Shown here piece by piece: positions 28,879 to 39,025 of a stretch of DNA of 64,000 nt (within the stretch, counting starts at the first letter, position 1; each line of letters begins with the position of its first letter). Source of the stretch: an uncultured Chloroflexia bacterium. Lineage in GTDB: Bacteria > Chloroflexota > Limnocylindria > Limnocylindrales > CSP1-4. A program made the position numbers and the translations under genes. The stretch is taken from positions 12,555-76,554 of the forward strand of contig CAVVNZ010000012.1 in assembly GCA_963749735.1 (NCBI GenBank), in the 5' to 3' direction. The notes beneath the pieces are model-generated. The model saw only the letters and a list, made by a program, of their open reading frames with translations, did not search any database and had not been told where the DNA came from.

Positions 28879-29313
28879 TCAGTTCGGGAGCGACCCGGGC
28901 GTCTTCCTGACCTCGGCCGTGATCGTCACGAAGTCGGGGAGGTCCTCGAGCTCGACCGTCGGCTCATCGCCGTCGTCCTCGTCGTCGTCGTCATCGCCGT
29001 CGTCGTCATCGTCGCCCCACTCGGGCTCCGGCGAGAAGGTGCCGGTCGGGACGATGGCATTCTCCTCGTCGATCGGCGACACGACCAGCGACACCGCCAG
29101 CTCGTCGTCGTCGATCGGCGTGAACCCGTACTCGTTCTCCAAGCCTTCGCCGATGGCCTCGATGAGGGTATCGTGCGTGAAATCGTCCTGGACCCGACGT
29201 CGGATCGTCTGGACCATCTCGAAGAACTCGTCGGGCTCGAACAGCTCGTCGTGGGCGAGGAGGAGGTCCCCGAAGAGCTCGTCGTCCCCTTCGTGGAGTT
29301 CGTAGAAGTACAT
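28879..29313 (-). CDS. Hypothetical, extremely acidic 144-aa protein with an Asp/Gly run
   Basis: MYFYELHEGDDELFGDLLLAHDELFEPDEFFEM...EWGDDDDDGDDDDDEDDGDEPTVELEDL. Its own leaderless-type promoter is listed as the next feature. Confidence 0.55.
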   Translation of the reverse strand: MYFYELHEGDDELFGDLLLAHDELFEPDEFFEMVQTIRRRVQDDFTHDTLIEAIGEGLENEYGFTPIDDDELAVSLVVSPIDEENAIVPTGTFSPEPEWGDDDDDGDDDDDEDDGDEPTVELEDLPDFVTITAEVRKTPGSLPN

Positions 29314-29319
29314 GCCGTC

Positions 29320-29325
29320 ACGATA
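29320..29325 (-). promoter_or_regulatory. -10 element TATCGT 6 nt upstream of ATG 29313 (leaderless-type)
   Basis: The minus strand reads TATCGT-GACGGC-ATG. Confidence 0.4.
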
Positions 29326-29345
29326 CCTCGCCCCGGCTGCCGACG

Positions 29346-30332
29346 GTGGCTGAGCGTCCTCCTCGGCGGCCGCTCGGCCCCGAGGTCGTCCACGTCGGGT
29401 CGGCCTGTCGCGACATCGCGCCGGACGATCCGCGCGGCTGGCGGCTGGGTGGCGGGGTGACCTACGCGACGCTGACCACGGCCCGACTCGGGCTCAGGAC
29501 GGCGGCGGTGGTCGGAGTGGACCGCGAGGCACGCAACGCGACCGAGCTCGACCTGATCCGCGCCGCCGGTGCCGACCTCATCCTCGTGCCGCTCGAGGAG
29601 GGACCGATCTACCACAACGTCGAGACCGACTCGGGTCGCGTCCAGACCTGCGTCCAGCCGGGGGTGCCGCTGCCGATCCCCCCGCTGCCTGAGTCATGGC
29701 AGGCCGCCCCGGCCTGGGAGCTGGCCCCGGTCGCCGGTGAGATCGAGGACGCCTGGGCTGCCGTCATCCCGTCCGGAGCGTACGTGGGCGTCGCCTGGCA
29801 GGGGTTCCTCCGGACGCTGATCGCCGGGACGACGGTCACCCGCCGCCCGCCGGTCCCTTCGCCGATCCTCCGCCGGGCGGACCTCGTCGGCGTCAGTCAT
29901 CGGGATGTCGACCCGGAGACCCCGATCGCCGCGTTGACGGCGTTGCTCAAGCCCGGGTCGCGCCTCGTCGTGACACGGGGCGAGGAGGGCGGGCTCGTCC
30001 TGGTGACAGGCGGGTCGGGCCCCGATGCGGTCCTCCGCTACGGGCTGACGCCGTCGGATCGCGAGGTGGACCCGACGGGTGCCGGCGACACCTTTCTGGC
30101 CGCGCTCGTGTCGACGGTGATCCATCACACGCTGGGCGGGCGGCGGAGCGCCCGGGCGCATCCGGAGCTGAGGTTCGCCGCGGCCGCCGGTGCACTGGTC
30201 GTCGAGGGCAACGGCCTCACGGCGGTGCCCGACCGTGGCGCGGTCCTCGCGCGGATGGTCCGTGACCGGATCAAGCGAGCGGTCTCGCCCGCGACCGTCG
30301 GCCGGGTGGGTGCCGACGTGATCGAGCACTAA
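29346..30332 (+). CDS. PfkB-family carbohydrate kinase
   Basis: DPTGAGDTFLAALV is the PfkB signature 2. N-terminal VVHVGSACRDI. Confidence 0.75.
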   Translation: MAERPPRRPLGPEVVHVGSACRDIAPDDPRGWRLGGGVTYATLTTARLGLRTAAVVGVDREARNATELDLIRAAGADLILVPLEEGPIYHNVETDSGRVQTCVQPGVPLPIPPLPESWQAAPAWELAPVAGEIEDAWAAVIPSGAYVGVAWQGFLRTLIAGTTVTRRPPVPSPILRRADLVGVSHRDVDPETPIAALTALLKPGSRLVVTRGEEGGLVLVTGGSGPDAVLRYGLTPSDREVDPTGAGDTFLAALVSTVIHHTLGGRRSARAHPELRFAAAAGALVVEGNGLTAVPDRGAVLARMVRDRIKRAVSPATVGRVGADVIEH

Positions 30333-33086
30333 GGGCCGGTCGCCGCCGTCCGGAGCTGAACCGTGCGGATCTCCCACGGCACGAGCTCGACGATCGCCAC
30401 GCCGTCGATCACCGGCAGCGCCCCACCGGGACGTCCGAGCAGGTCGGCCGAGCGAGCGTCGAGGATCTCCCCGCTGAGCCGGACCGCGACCGGCTCAGCG
30501 CTCTCGACGACGATCCGCGCCTCGAGCCAACCGTCGCGCCGGCGCAGGCTCGACAGGACCACCCCGGGACCGTCGAGCGTCAGTCCCGCGCGGTCGAGGA
30601 GCGGGGCCTCGACGGAGCCACCGCCGGCGGCCACCAGGAACGGCTGGCGGTAGGTCTCCGCGGCGATCTGGACCTCGGGCCCCGGATGGCCGCCCGCGTA
30701 CGGCATGATCGCCAGCTCGAAGGTCCTCGGCCCGAGCAGCTGCGCGCCTGGGGTCGGGAGCACCGGCCCGGCCGGTTCGTCGCGCCAGGGATGGTCATCG
30801 CGACTGATCAGGCCGGTCGCCCGGAGCAGCGTGAGCGCAAGCTCGCGGCCTCCGTCGACGAGCTCGTACTCGACGATGTGCCGGGCGAGGATCGCGATGC
30901 CGCCGGCGGCCACGAACGCGTCGGCGGGGCGGGTGGGCAGTGGATATTCGCCGTGGCCGGCCTCGGATCCCAGGCCGCGCTCGACGACCGCGAACTGGCC
31001 CTCCGCGAAGGATCGATCGACCTCCTGCGGCAACGGCACATGGAACCGGAGCCGGTGGTCCGCTGCCCGGTTGTCGTACGACATGCTGACCCGCACGAAC
31101 GGCTCGTCGACGCGCAGCTCGATCCGGGAGGTCACGACGACTTCGACCGTTTCCTGGCTCCGGCGTGCGAGATCCGCGCTGAGCCCGGCCGGCCACCGAT
31201 ACCGGCGATCGATCTCGACGATCCCCCGGAGCGGCCCCGCCTCGACCGTCCGCGCCGCGACCGACGACGGCGTCGTCACGAGGGTGTCGTCGGGCGGCGG
31301 CGCGTAGTTGTAGGTGTCCCCGACATCGCCCCCGTCGACGAGCCGCCCGATCCCGGCCAGGCGGCGTCCAGCGTGGTCGATCGTGAGCGACCCGTCGTCC
31401 TCGATGATCACCGACAGGATGCCGCTGTCGAGCCTCCGGCCGACGACGGCCACGGATCGTCCGCCGTCCCGTCCCGCCGCGTCGCCCGCCGGCCGGCGCG
31501 GGCCGATCGCGGTCAGGCCGAGCCCGTGGGCGCCGACTCGGGCGAGCACGGTGCGCCGCGGGTCCTCCTGGACGCGCAGACGCCAGCGAGCGTCCGGGTC
31601 CGCGGCGGCGGCGCGTGCGATCGCGGCGACCAGGCCGTCGACGTCGAGGATCGGCGGGTCCGGCACACGGCTCACCTGGATCGTGAGGTCGCGCCGGTCC
31701 GGTCCGTCGAGCATCCAGCCGTTGACCTGCCGGCTGTACAGCTCCCGGCCGTGGATCCGCCGAACGAGATAGGTGGCAACGTCGCGGCTCGCGATCTGAC
31801 GGTCGTCGAACGTCCGCTGCGATCGGGACAGCTCCTGCGTCGGGACCGATCGTCCGGTCGCGTCGACGAGTGCGGGGTCATCGGCGCCCGCCGGCAGGTC
31901 GATCTCGACGAGGTCGGTTCGCCGGAACGGACTCGGGTTGAAGGCGGCCCAGCCACCGCGGGGGATCGTGGCGGCCCAGCGCCGGAGCGCTCCGCCGGCC
32001 AGGCCGGTGGCGATCTGCGACGCCTCGGCGAACCGGACGAGGACCTGTTCGACGACCGGGTCGACCGAGCAGGCGCAGATCGAGTCATGAGCCGAGTCCT
32101 CGACGATCCGCCGGGCAGCCAGCTCGAGGTAGCGCTCCGGCCACGGCCCGGGATCGTGGAGCGCCAGGATCGGCTCGGCGACCCGCCACAACAGGCGCTC
32201 CGCCGTCGCGGCTGCGGCTCGGACGTCGACGTGGTTCGAGACGACCCCCATCAGCATGTTGGCCCGGGCGCTCGACCGGAGCTCGCCGTCCCAGGATCGC
32301 TCGACCGGGTCCCGGCTCCGGGTCTCGGTGAGATAGGCATCGAGCGTGGCCACGGCGATCCGGAAAGCATCCTGCTCCGCGTTGTAGCGGTCGACGAGGT
32401 CCGCGTACCCCTGGATCGGGATCGAGTGGTCCTCGCCGTACATCGCCAGGACGTCGGCCTCGCCGAACGCCGGCGCGACCCCGTCCACGTAGGATCCGAA
32501 GCTTGGCGTCGAGGTGGTCCGGATCGTCGAACAGGTCGCGGGCATTGCCGTAACCGCCCCACAGGTACTCGGTCCGGACGGTCGAGCCGTCGGGGCTCCG
32601 CCAGGTGAATGCGTGGCGGTCGATCGCCGCGGGGACGCCGCGCCACACGACGGCGGCGTCGATCCCGGAGCGGCGGAGGATCTGCGGCATCTGGGCGATG
32701 TGGCCGAACATGTCCGGCAGATAGCCGACGGCCATGACCCGACCGAGCTCCTCGGCTCGTCGGGTGCCCAGCTCGAGGTTCCGGACGATCGTCTCGCCCG
32801 ACACCAGGAACTCGTCCATCAGGATCAGCCACGGGCCGACCGCCAGGCGACCGGACCGGACCAGGGCCTCGATCCGCCCGGCGGCTTCGGGGCGGACCTC
32901 GAGGTAGTCGTCGACCGTGGCCAGCTGACCGTCGAGCGTGAAACGGAGACGCTCATCCGCGTCCATCGCATCCAGCAGCCCGTCGATCAGCCCGACCAGC
33001 CGCATCCGGAACGTCTGGAACGGGAGGTACCACTCGCGGTCCCAGTGCGTGTGGGGGACGAGATGGACCGTCCTCGGCGAGGGCAC
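30329..33086 (-). pseudogene. GH38 alpha-mannosidase interrupted by a single-nucleotide frame disruption near 32495-32530
   Basis: The N-terminal frame (track ORF 32085..33086) reads VHLVPHTHWDREWY...DMFGH...DPDHLDAK and then turns to Arg/Gly junk. Sensible sequence resumes as SFGSYVDGVAPAFGEADVLAMYGEDH in ORF 30329..32545. The span is 3n+1 nt. Confidence 0.7.
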
Positions 33087-33092
33087 GTCGCG

Positions 33093-34373
33093 CTACCGAC
33101 CGGGCCGGGAGCCAGCGTCCGCGGCCAGGCGAGCGACCGCTTCGATCGTCCGGTCGATCTCCTCGGTCGTCGTGTAGTGGACCGGGCCGAGCCGCAGGAC
33201 GCCGCCCCCCTCGGACAGCCCGAGACGCTCGATCAGGCCCTGGGCATAGAAGTCCCCGTCCCAGGCGTAGATCCCCTGGCGACCGAGCGCTTCGGCAGCG
33301 GCGCGCGGGGAGACCCCGTCGAACGTGAGCGCGAACGTCGGCGTACGCTCGCCCGCGCGGGCGGGGTCGTCGATGCCCCAGACCCGAAGTCCGGCGATCC
33401 CGGCGATCTCGGACAGGAACCGCCGGCTGATGTCGCGCTCGTAGGCCGCGATCGCGGTCATCGACGCGACCAGCTGGTCGCGTCGTGACGAGCCGGTCGC
33501 CGAGCCGGCATCGACCGCCCCGGACGCGACACCGACCGAGCGAAGGTAGTCCACCGCGGCGAGCGCGCCGGCGATCGCTTCGAAGTCCTGCGTTCCCGTC
33601 TCGACCCGATCGTGCGCCGGACGGACCTTGTACGCGGGCAGCCGTTCGAGCACGTCGGCCCGACCGTAGATCGCCCCGAGGTGGGGCCCGAACCACTTGT
33701 AGACCGACGTCGCCAGGAAGTCCGTTCCGAGCTCACGGACGTCGATCGGGCCGTGCGGGGTGAAATGGACGGCGTCGACGTACGTCAGCGCGCCGGCGGC
33801 ATGGGCCAGGTCCACGATGCGCTTCACGGGGTTGATGGTGCCGACCGCGTTGGAGGCGTAGCCGACCGCGACCAGCCGGGTCCGCGAGGTCAGCTTGGCT
33901 TCGAGGTCGGCCAGGTCGAGCGTGCAGTCGCGGTCGTCGATGTCGACCGTCCGCACGACGAGGCCGCGGTCCGCGGCGATCGCCCGCCAGGGCGAGACGT
34001 TCGCCTCGTGGTCGAGGGTCGTCACGAGGATCTCGTCACCCGGTTCGAACGTCGCGGCGATCGACCGGCTGATGTGGAACGTCAGCGTCGTCATGTTGTA
34101 GCCGAACTTGATCTCGTCCGCCGACGCGGCGCCGAGCAGGTCGGCGACCGCGGCGTGGGCTTCGTGGACGATCGCCACGCTGGCCTGGCTGGTGGCGAAC
34201 GCGCCGCCGTCGTTGGCGTTGGAGTCCCGGTAATAGCGCACGACGGCGTCGATCACCCGCTGCGGGACCTGGGTCCCGCCCGGACCGTCGAGGAAGATGA
34301 CCGGACGACCGCCCTGCTCGCGCGAGAGAGCCGGGAACTCGGGTCGCAGCGCGAGCGGGTCGAAGGGGGCCAT
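33093..34373 (-). CDS. Cysteine desulfurase-like class V aminotransferase
   Basis: 426 aa: FLDGPGGTQVPQRVIDAV..., HEANVSPW, SVYKWFGPHLG (PLP Lys context). GGAGGA RBS. Confidence 0.75.
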   Translation of the reverse strand: MAPFDPLALRPEFPALSREQGGRPVIFLDGPGGTQVPQRVIDAVVRYYRDSNANDGGAFATSQASVAIVHEAHAAVADLLGAASADEIKFGYNMTTLTFHISRSIAATFEPGDEILVTTLDHEANVSPWRAIAADRGLVVRTVDIDDRDCTLDLADLEAKLTSRTRLVAVGYASNAVGTINPVKRIVDLAHAAGALTYVDAVHFTPHGPIDVRELGTDFLATSVYKWFGPHLGAIYGRADVLERLPAYKVRPAHDRVETGTQDFEAIAGALAAVDYLRSVGVASGAVDAGSATGSSRRDQLVASMTAIAAYERDISRRFLSEIAGIAGLRVWGIDDPARAGERTPTFALTFDGVSPRAAAEALGRQGIYAWDGDFYAQGLIERLGLSEGGGVLRLGPVHYTTTEEIDRTIEAVARLAADAGSRPGR

Positions 34374-34451
34374 CGCGATCCTCCGGGGCGGGGGAGGGCG
34401 AGTGTCTCACCTCGGGCGCGGGATGTTCCGGCCGGCAGAGCGGTCCGTCGG

Positions 34452-35828
34452 TCAGGCAGGGACCGGCGCTACGCGGCGGGCTGCTCGAGGACCGGACGCT
34501 GCGACGTGAGCGACGCGCGACGCCGCCGTCTTGCGGTTGAGCCGACGGCGCCGCCGAGCGAGGTCCGCCTCGAGGAGCGGCAGCCGCCGCCCGAGGAACC
34601 GAGCCCGCTCGGCGATGCGATCGGCCCGATGGCACGCCTCGAGCGCGCCCGCCGGGTCACGCCGCCGATGCTCGAGGATCTTGGCGACCTCGATCCAGCC
34701 CACCCCCGCCCACTTCCCGCCTCCGATGGCGATGTCGCGCCAGGCGGCCAGTGCGTCGTCCACGCGGCCGACCCGACGGAGGAGCCGCGCCCGGTCCACC
34801 AGCAGACCGTCACGGTCCTCGCGAGTGGCCGGCGTCAGGGGGTCGAGGGCGTCGGCGCGCGTGGTCAGGAGCGCGGTCCACGACCGGATCGGCGAACGCC
34901 GGACCGGGCCGGTCTCGAGCGCGATCTCGAGACAGTCGAGCGCCTCATCCGAGCGTCCGAGGCGCCGATACGCACGAGCCAGGCCCGCCAGGTCCCCGGC
35001 GGGTGCCGCGCGGCGATCGGCGAGGTCACCCAGCCTCGTCTCGGCGTGAGCGAGCAGGCGGGCCAACGAGCGGACGTCTTCGTGGTTGTGGCGGACCACC
35101 TCCGCGAGGGCGTCGGCGGAGCCGCCACGCAGGAAGTCGAGATAGCGCCCGGGGATCTCCCAGCCGTCCACGTCGCGACCTCGGTGGACGCCGAGGAGCT
35201 CCGTCTCGACCGTCCGGAGCCGGGCGTCCGTAAGACGGTGGCGGAAGACGCGTCGGACGAACGGGAGCAGATCGAGATGGCCGGCGTGGACCGGTGCCGC
35301 GCGACGGCTCATCCGGAACCGGCTGACGAGGAGCGGCCAGTCGAAGCCGCGCCCGTTGTAGGTCACCAGCCAGGCGTCGGCCGGGATCTCGAGCGCGAGT
35401 GCGTCGAGCATCGCCGGTTCATCGGCGTGGTCCGGCATCAGCAGCTGGACCTGACGGAACCGGTCGCCCTGCCAGGTGCCGAACCCGACGAGGAAGGCCA
35501 CGGTGCCTGCGCCCGTGGCCAGACCGGTCGTCTCCGTATCGAGACAGATCAACGGGACGTTCGCCGGCGCGGTGCCCGGCAGGGTGGCCAGCCGGCGGCG
35601 GTCGACGGGCAATGGGGTGGACGCGGGCTCGACCCGAACATATCCGCCGGCGGGTCCGTGGATCCACTCGCCGTCCACCGCCGTGGCGAGCCGGCGCGCC
35701 AGGTCCCCGCTCGATCGGATGAGCGCCCCGCGATCGGGTCCGGGCGGCCGGCGACCGGAGCGGGCGGCCTCGTCGCGCTGTCGGCGGAGGTCGGCCAGCC
35801 GGCGTCCGAGCCGGTTCGCATCCGTCAT
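34452..35828 (-). CDS. RNase-H-fold (DEDD) exonuclease with C-terminal TPR-like repeats, YprB/MrfB-like
   Basis: The ATG at 35828 overlaps the helicase stop (ATGA). LICLDTETTGL (Exo I), VTYNGRGFDWPLL, HNHEDVRSLARL. The C-terminal half consists of helical repeats. Confidence 0.65.
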   Translation of the reverse strand: MTDANRLGRRLADLRRQRDEAARSGRRPPGPDRGALIRSSGDLARRLATAVDGEWIHGPAGGYVRVEPASTPLPVDRRRLATLPGTAPANVPLICLDTETTGLATGAGTVAFLVGFGTWQGDRFRQVQLLMPDHADEPAMLDALALEIPADAWLVTYNGRGFDWPLLVSRFRMSRRAAPVHAGHLDLLPFVRRVFRHRLTDARLRTVETELLGVHRGRDVDGWEIPGRYLDFLRGGSADALAEVVRHNHEDVRSLARLLAHAETRLGDLADRRAAPAGDLAGLARAYRRLGRSDEALDCLEIALETGPVRRSPIRSWTALLTTRADALDPLTPATREDRDGLLVDRARLLRRVGRVDDALAAWRDIAIGGGKWAGVGWIEVAKILEHRRRDPAGALEACHRADRIAERARFLGRRLPLLEADLARRRRRLNRKTAASRVAHVAASGPRAARRVAPVPA

Positions 35829-38164
35829 CCGTGCCCGCCGATGCCGATCGGCTCGACCTGCGCACGATCCGCCCCGAGGGCGTGGAGGAGCCGCAGCGCG
35901 AGCGCCTTCGCGTCCATGTCCGCATCGAGGCGGGGACCGGTGCATGTCGGGCAGCCGCCCTCGCATCCACAGCCGGCGATCAGCTCGGATGCCCCGGCGA
36001 TCAGCTCGTCCGTGCGCCCGTACAGCCGTTCGGCGAGCCCGACGCCGCCGGGCACCGCTTCGTACAGGTAGATCGTGGGCGCCTCCTGGTGCGGGCTGCG
36101 GACCTGGGTGACCAGGCCGAGGTCTCGCGGGTCGACCATCAGCAGCACGCTCGCGACCGTCTGCATCGCCCGTCCGGCTCCGACCAGGGCGACATCGAGC
36201 TCATCCCGGCGCCATCCACCACCCGGTCCGACGACGGCGGCCTCCGGGCCGATGACGATCCACGCGGCCGTGGTCTGGAGCTCGATCTCGGGGAGATGGA
36301 TCCGACCCCAGCCGATGTTCTCGTTGGTGACGAACTTGAGCTTCTTGTAGATCGTCGCCAGGCTCGCGACCATCACCTCGCCGTGGACCCGCCGACCGCC
36401 GGTGATGGGGGCCGCGCCGAACTCGTCGAGCGGCTTGAGCGTCACGGCGCGGTCGGCCTGGGTGTAGTGGTCGACATCGACGCGTCGGACATAGGCCTTG
36501 CGTTCGCCCCAGTCGAGCGTGTCGACGTGGAACTGGACCGACTCGTGCAGGTAGATCGCGTCCTCGTGGACGAGGGTCTGGGCGCTGAACAGGTCCACCT
36601 CGCCGATGACCCGGGGCCGGTCCTGGGTCGTGTCGACGATCACGACGTTCTCCTGGGCGGCCGTCCTCAGCGAGACCTCGGAGGCGGGGAAGTTCTCGCT
36701 CGACCAGTACCAGCGGCCGTCACCCGCCTGCCGGACGTGCCCCTCCTCGGCGAGGAACGCGAGGAGGTCGTCGGCCGGAGCCGGCCCGAACGTCTCGCCG
36801 GGCTCGAACGGGAGCTCGAACGCGGCGGCCTTGAGATGCGCCAGCAGGACGTGCAGGTTGTCCGGGTCGAGGCGGGCCTCCTCAGGGGCCCCGTCGAGCA
36901 CGTACTCGGGATGGCCCACGATGTAGCGATCGACCGGCGAGCCGGAGGCGACCAGCACGCCGACGCTCACCCCCTGGCGCCGGCCCGCCCGACCGAACTG
37001 CTGCCAGGTCCCGGCGATCGAGCCCGGATAGCCCGCCAGGATGGCGACGTCGAGCCGACCGATATCGACGCCGAGCTCCAGCGCATTGGTGCTGACGACG
37101 CCCAGGACCTCGCCGTCGCGCAGTCCGCGCTCGATGGAGCGGCGCTCGGTGGGCAGGTAGCCGCCGCGATAGCCACGGACGCGGGATCGTGGACCGGCTC
37201 CTTCACGAAGCGCCTCGCGCAACCCCGTGAGGAGGATCTCGACGGCGGTCCGCGACCGACCGAAGACGACGGTCTGACGTCCGGCACGGAGGAACGGCAG
37301 GGCCCATCGATCGGCCAGCGTCAGGGCGGATCCACGCGCGCCGGTCGCCGCGTCGAGCAGCGGCGGCTCGACGAACAGGAGGTGGCGCTCGCCCGCCGGC
37401 GCGCCGTTGCGGTCGACGACCCTGACCGGCCGGCCGGTCAGGGTCTGCGCGAGCTCACCCGGGTTCCCGATCGTCGCCGAGCAGCAGACGATGACGGGAT
37501 GCGAGCCGTAGTGGGCGCAGATCCGGAGGAGGCGGCGCAGGACGTTGGCGACGTGGCTGCCGAAGACCCCTCGATAGGAGTGCAGCTCATCGATGACGAT
37601 GACGCGGAGCTGCTCGAAGAGCTGGAACCACTTGGTGTGGTTGGGCAGGATCGCGGCATGGAGCATATCGGGGTTGGTGACGACGACCTGTCCCGCCGTC
37701 CGGATCGCCGACCGGATCGGGGCCGGTGTGTCTCCGTCATAGGTCGCCGCCGAGACCGCCAGGCCGGAGGCGCGGGCGAGCTCGGAGAACTCCGCCACCT
37801 GGTCCTGGCCGAGCGCCTTGGTCGGGAACAGGTAGAGCGCTCGTGCGGACGGATCCTCGGCCAGGGCCTGGAGCGTGGGCAGGGCGTAGCACAGGGTCTT
37901 GCCCGACGCGGTCGGCGTGACGACCACGACGTCCTCGCCGGCGCGGACCGCGTCGATCGCCGCAGCCTGGTGGACGTACAGGTCGTCGATCCCGCGGGTC
38001 GCGAGGGCGGCCGCGATCCGGGGATCGAGCCATTCGGGGAGGGGAGCGGTGATCGCCGCCCGGGCGGGGATGATCCGGTGGTGGAGGACGCCGGCGGCGA
38101 GCGACGGCTCGTCGAGGAGGTCGTCGAGCACCGAGACGACCGATGCGGGTGCATAGCGGCGCAC
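35825..38164 (-). CDS. DEAD/DEAH-box helicase with C-terminal DUF1998 4-Cys module, YprA/MrfA-like
   Basis: 779 aa: VVTPTASGKTLCY (motif I), VVIDELHSY (DExH), C-terminal GCGCEGGCPTCTG. GAGGAGG RBS before GTG 38164. Confidence 0.8.
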   Translation of the reverse strand: MRRYAPASVVSVLDDLLDEPSLAAGVLHHRIIPARAAITAPLPEWLDPRIAAALATRGIDDLYVHQAAAIDAVRAGEDVVVVTPTASGKTLCYALPTLQALAEDPSARALYLFPTKALGQDQVAEFSELARASGLAVSAATYDGDTPAPIRSAIRTAGQVVVTNPDMLHAAILPNHTKWFQLFEQLRVIVIDELHSYRGVFGSHVANVLRRLLRICAHYGSHPVIVCCSATIGNPGELAQTLTGRPVRVVDRNGAPAGERHLLFVEPPLLDAATGARGSALTLADRWALPFLRAGRQTVVFGRSRTAVEILLTGLREALREGAGPRSRVRGYRGGYLPTERRSIERGLRDGEVLGVVSTNALELGVDIGRLDVAILAGYPGSIAGTWQQFGRAGRRQGVSVGVLVASGSPVDRYIVGHPEYVLDGAPEEARLDPDNLHVLLAHLKAAAFELPFEPGETFGPAPADDLLAFLAEEGHVRQAGDGRWYWSSENFPASEVSLRTAAQENVVIVDTTQDRPRVIGEVDLFSAQTLVHEDAIYLHESVQFHVDTLDWGERKAYVRRVDVDHYTQADRAVTLKPLDEFGAAPITGGRRVHGEVMVASLATIYKKLKFVTNENIGWGRIHLPEIELQTTAAWIVIGPEAAVVGPGGGWRRDELDVALVGAGRAMQTVASVLLMVDPRDLGLVTQVRSPHQEAPTIYLYEAVPGGVGLAERLYGRTDELIAGASELIAGCGCEGGCPTCTGPRLDADMDAKALALRLLHALGADRAQVEPIGIGGHG

Positions 38165-38265
38165 GATGTGGGCCTCCTCGAAATCGAACGGATGTGCGAA
38201 AGCGCCCAGAGTCTAGCGCACCGTCGCGCGAGGCGGTGACAGCTCGGGTGACACGGCGGGACGAT

Positions 38266-38295
38266 TTGACAGCCCAGCCTGCCGGCAGCTAGGGT
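38266..38295 (+). promoter_or_regulatory. Sigma-70-type promoter: TTGACA, 18-nt spacer, TAGGGT, 7 nt upstream of ATG 38303 (leaderless-type)
   Basis: TTGACA at 38266-38271 and TAGGGT at 38290-38295. The ATG at 38303 sits where the transcription start is expected. Confidence 0.55.
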
Positions 38296-38302
38296 GGCCC
38301 GG

Positions 38303-38818
38303 ATGGACCTCCCGAGCGACCGGGCTCCCGAACCGTCGGGCCCGGACGACCGCCCTGAGCGCCCGACTCCCGCCACCCGACCCGATCCTCGGCCGCGGAC
38401 GGCCGGACCCGATCTCGGCGGCCTGTCGATCGCCGGCATCACCCGCCGCCGGGTCGCCTGGATCCTCGCCGCGGTCGTGTCGATCTGGATCGTGTCGGTG
38501 TTCGCCCGGCAGGTCGGCGATGCGGGTGCCGCGGCGGACCGAGCGAACCGGCTGCGGTTCGACAACGCGGGACTCGCCAGTCAGGTCGAGGATCTCCAGA
38601 AGGAGCTCGAGCTCGTCCAGCAGCCGACGTTCGTCGAGCAGCAGGCGCGGGCCAACGGTCTCGGTGGCAAGGGCGAGCGTCCGTTCGCCCTCGGGCCGGC
38701 CGCGTCGCCGCTGCCCGAGGACGCCCCAGGGTCCGCCGCCGTGCGGCTCGGGGCCAGTCCCGTCCACACGGCGCCCATCGACGTCTGGCTCGACCTGCTG
38801 TTCGGCCCCACGCGCTGA
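38303..38818 (+). CDS. Septum formation initiator (FtsB/DivIC-like) protein
   Basis: TM segment VAWILAAVVSIWIVSVF, then the coiled coil NRLRFDNAGLASQVEDLQKELELVQQPTFVEQQAR. The track ORF starts at GTG 38294; I prefer ATG 38303 because of the promoter geometry. Confidence 0.7.
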   Translation: MDLPSDRAPEPSGPDDRPERPTPATRPDPRPRTAGPDLGGLSIAGITRRRVAWILAAVVSIWIVSVFARQVGDAGAAADRANRLRFDNAGLASQVEDLQKELELVQQPTFVEQQARANGLGGKGERPFALGPAASPLPEDAPGSAAVRLGASPVHTAPIDVWLDLLFGPTR

Positions 38819-38850
38819 GGTCGGGCGCGGACGCCGCTCGTCAGCAACGG
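38754..38850. repeat. Direct repeat copy 1 (3' end of the ftsB-like gene plus about 30 nt downstream)
   Basis: The 49-nt core 38771-38819 matches 42564-42612 at 47/49 by manual alignment, and the stop codon is included. Weaker similarity extends on both sides. Confidence 0.8.
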
Positions 38851-39025
38851 ACGAATCGTCTCGCCGCTTGCCCCCAAGCCAGGCGAAGATCACGAGCCCG
38901 ATCGCCTGCGGAGACCCGAAGCATGGCGACCCTGCCCGGCGCCATCGCCCCGGGCGACCTCACTCCGGAGCGTCCATCCGGGCACGGTGCGCTACGCTCC
39001 CAGGCGTGCAAGGAAAGGAGCCTGC

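Noticed and set aside
32492-32504. GGATCC-GA-AGCTT (BamHI plus HindIII sites 1 nt apart) exactly at the GH38 frame disruption, which looks like a polylinker or cloning scar.
   Set aside because: GGATCC is very frequent in this GC-rich sequence. Both flanks are continuous GH38 coding sequence with no vector-like stretch. The most economical reading is coincidence plus a 1-nt indel.
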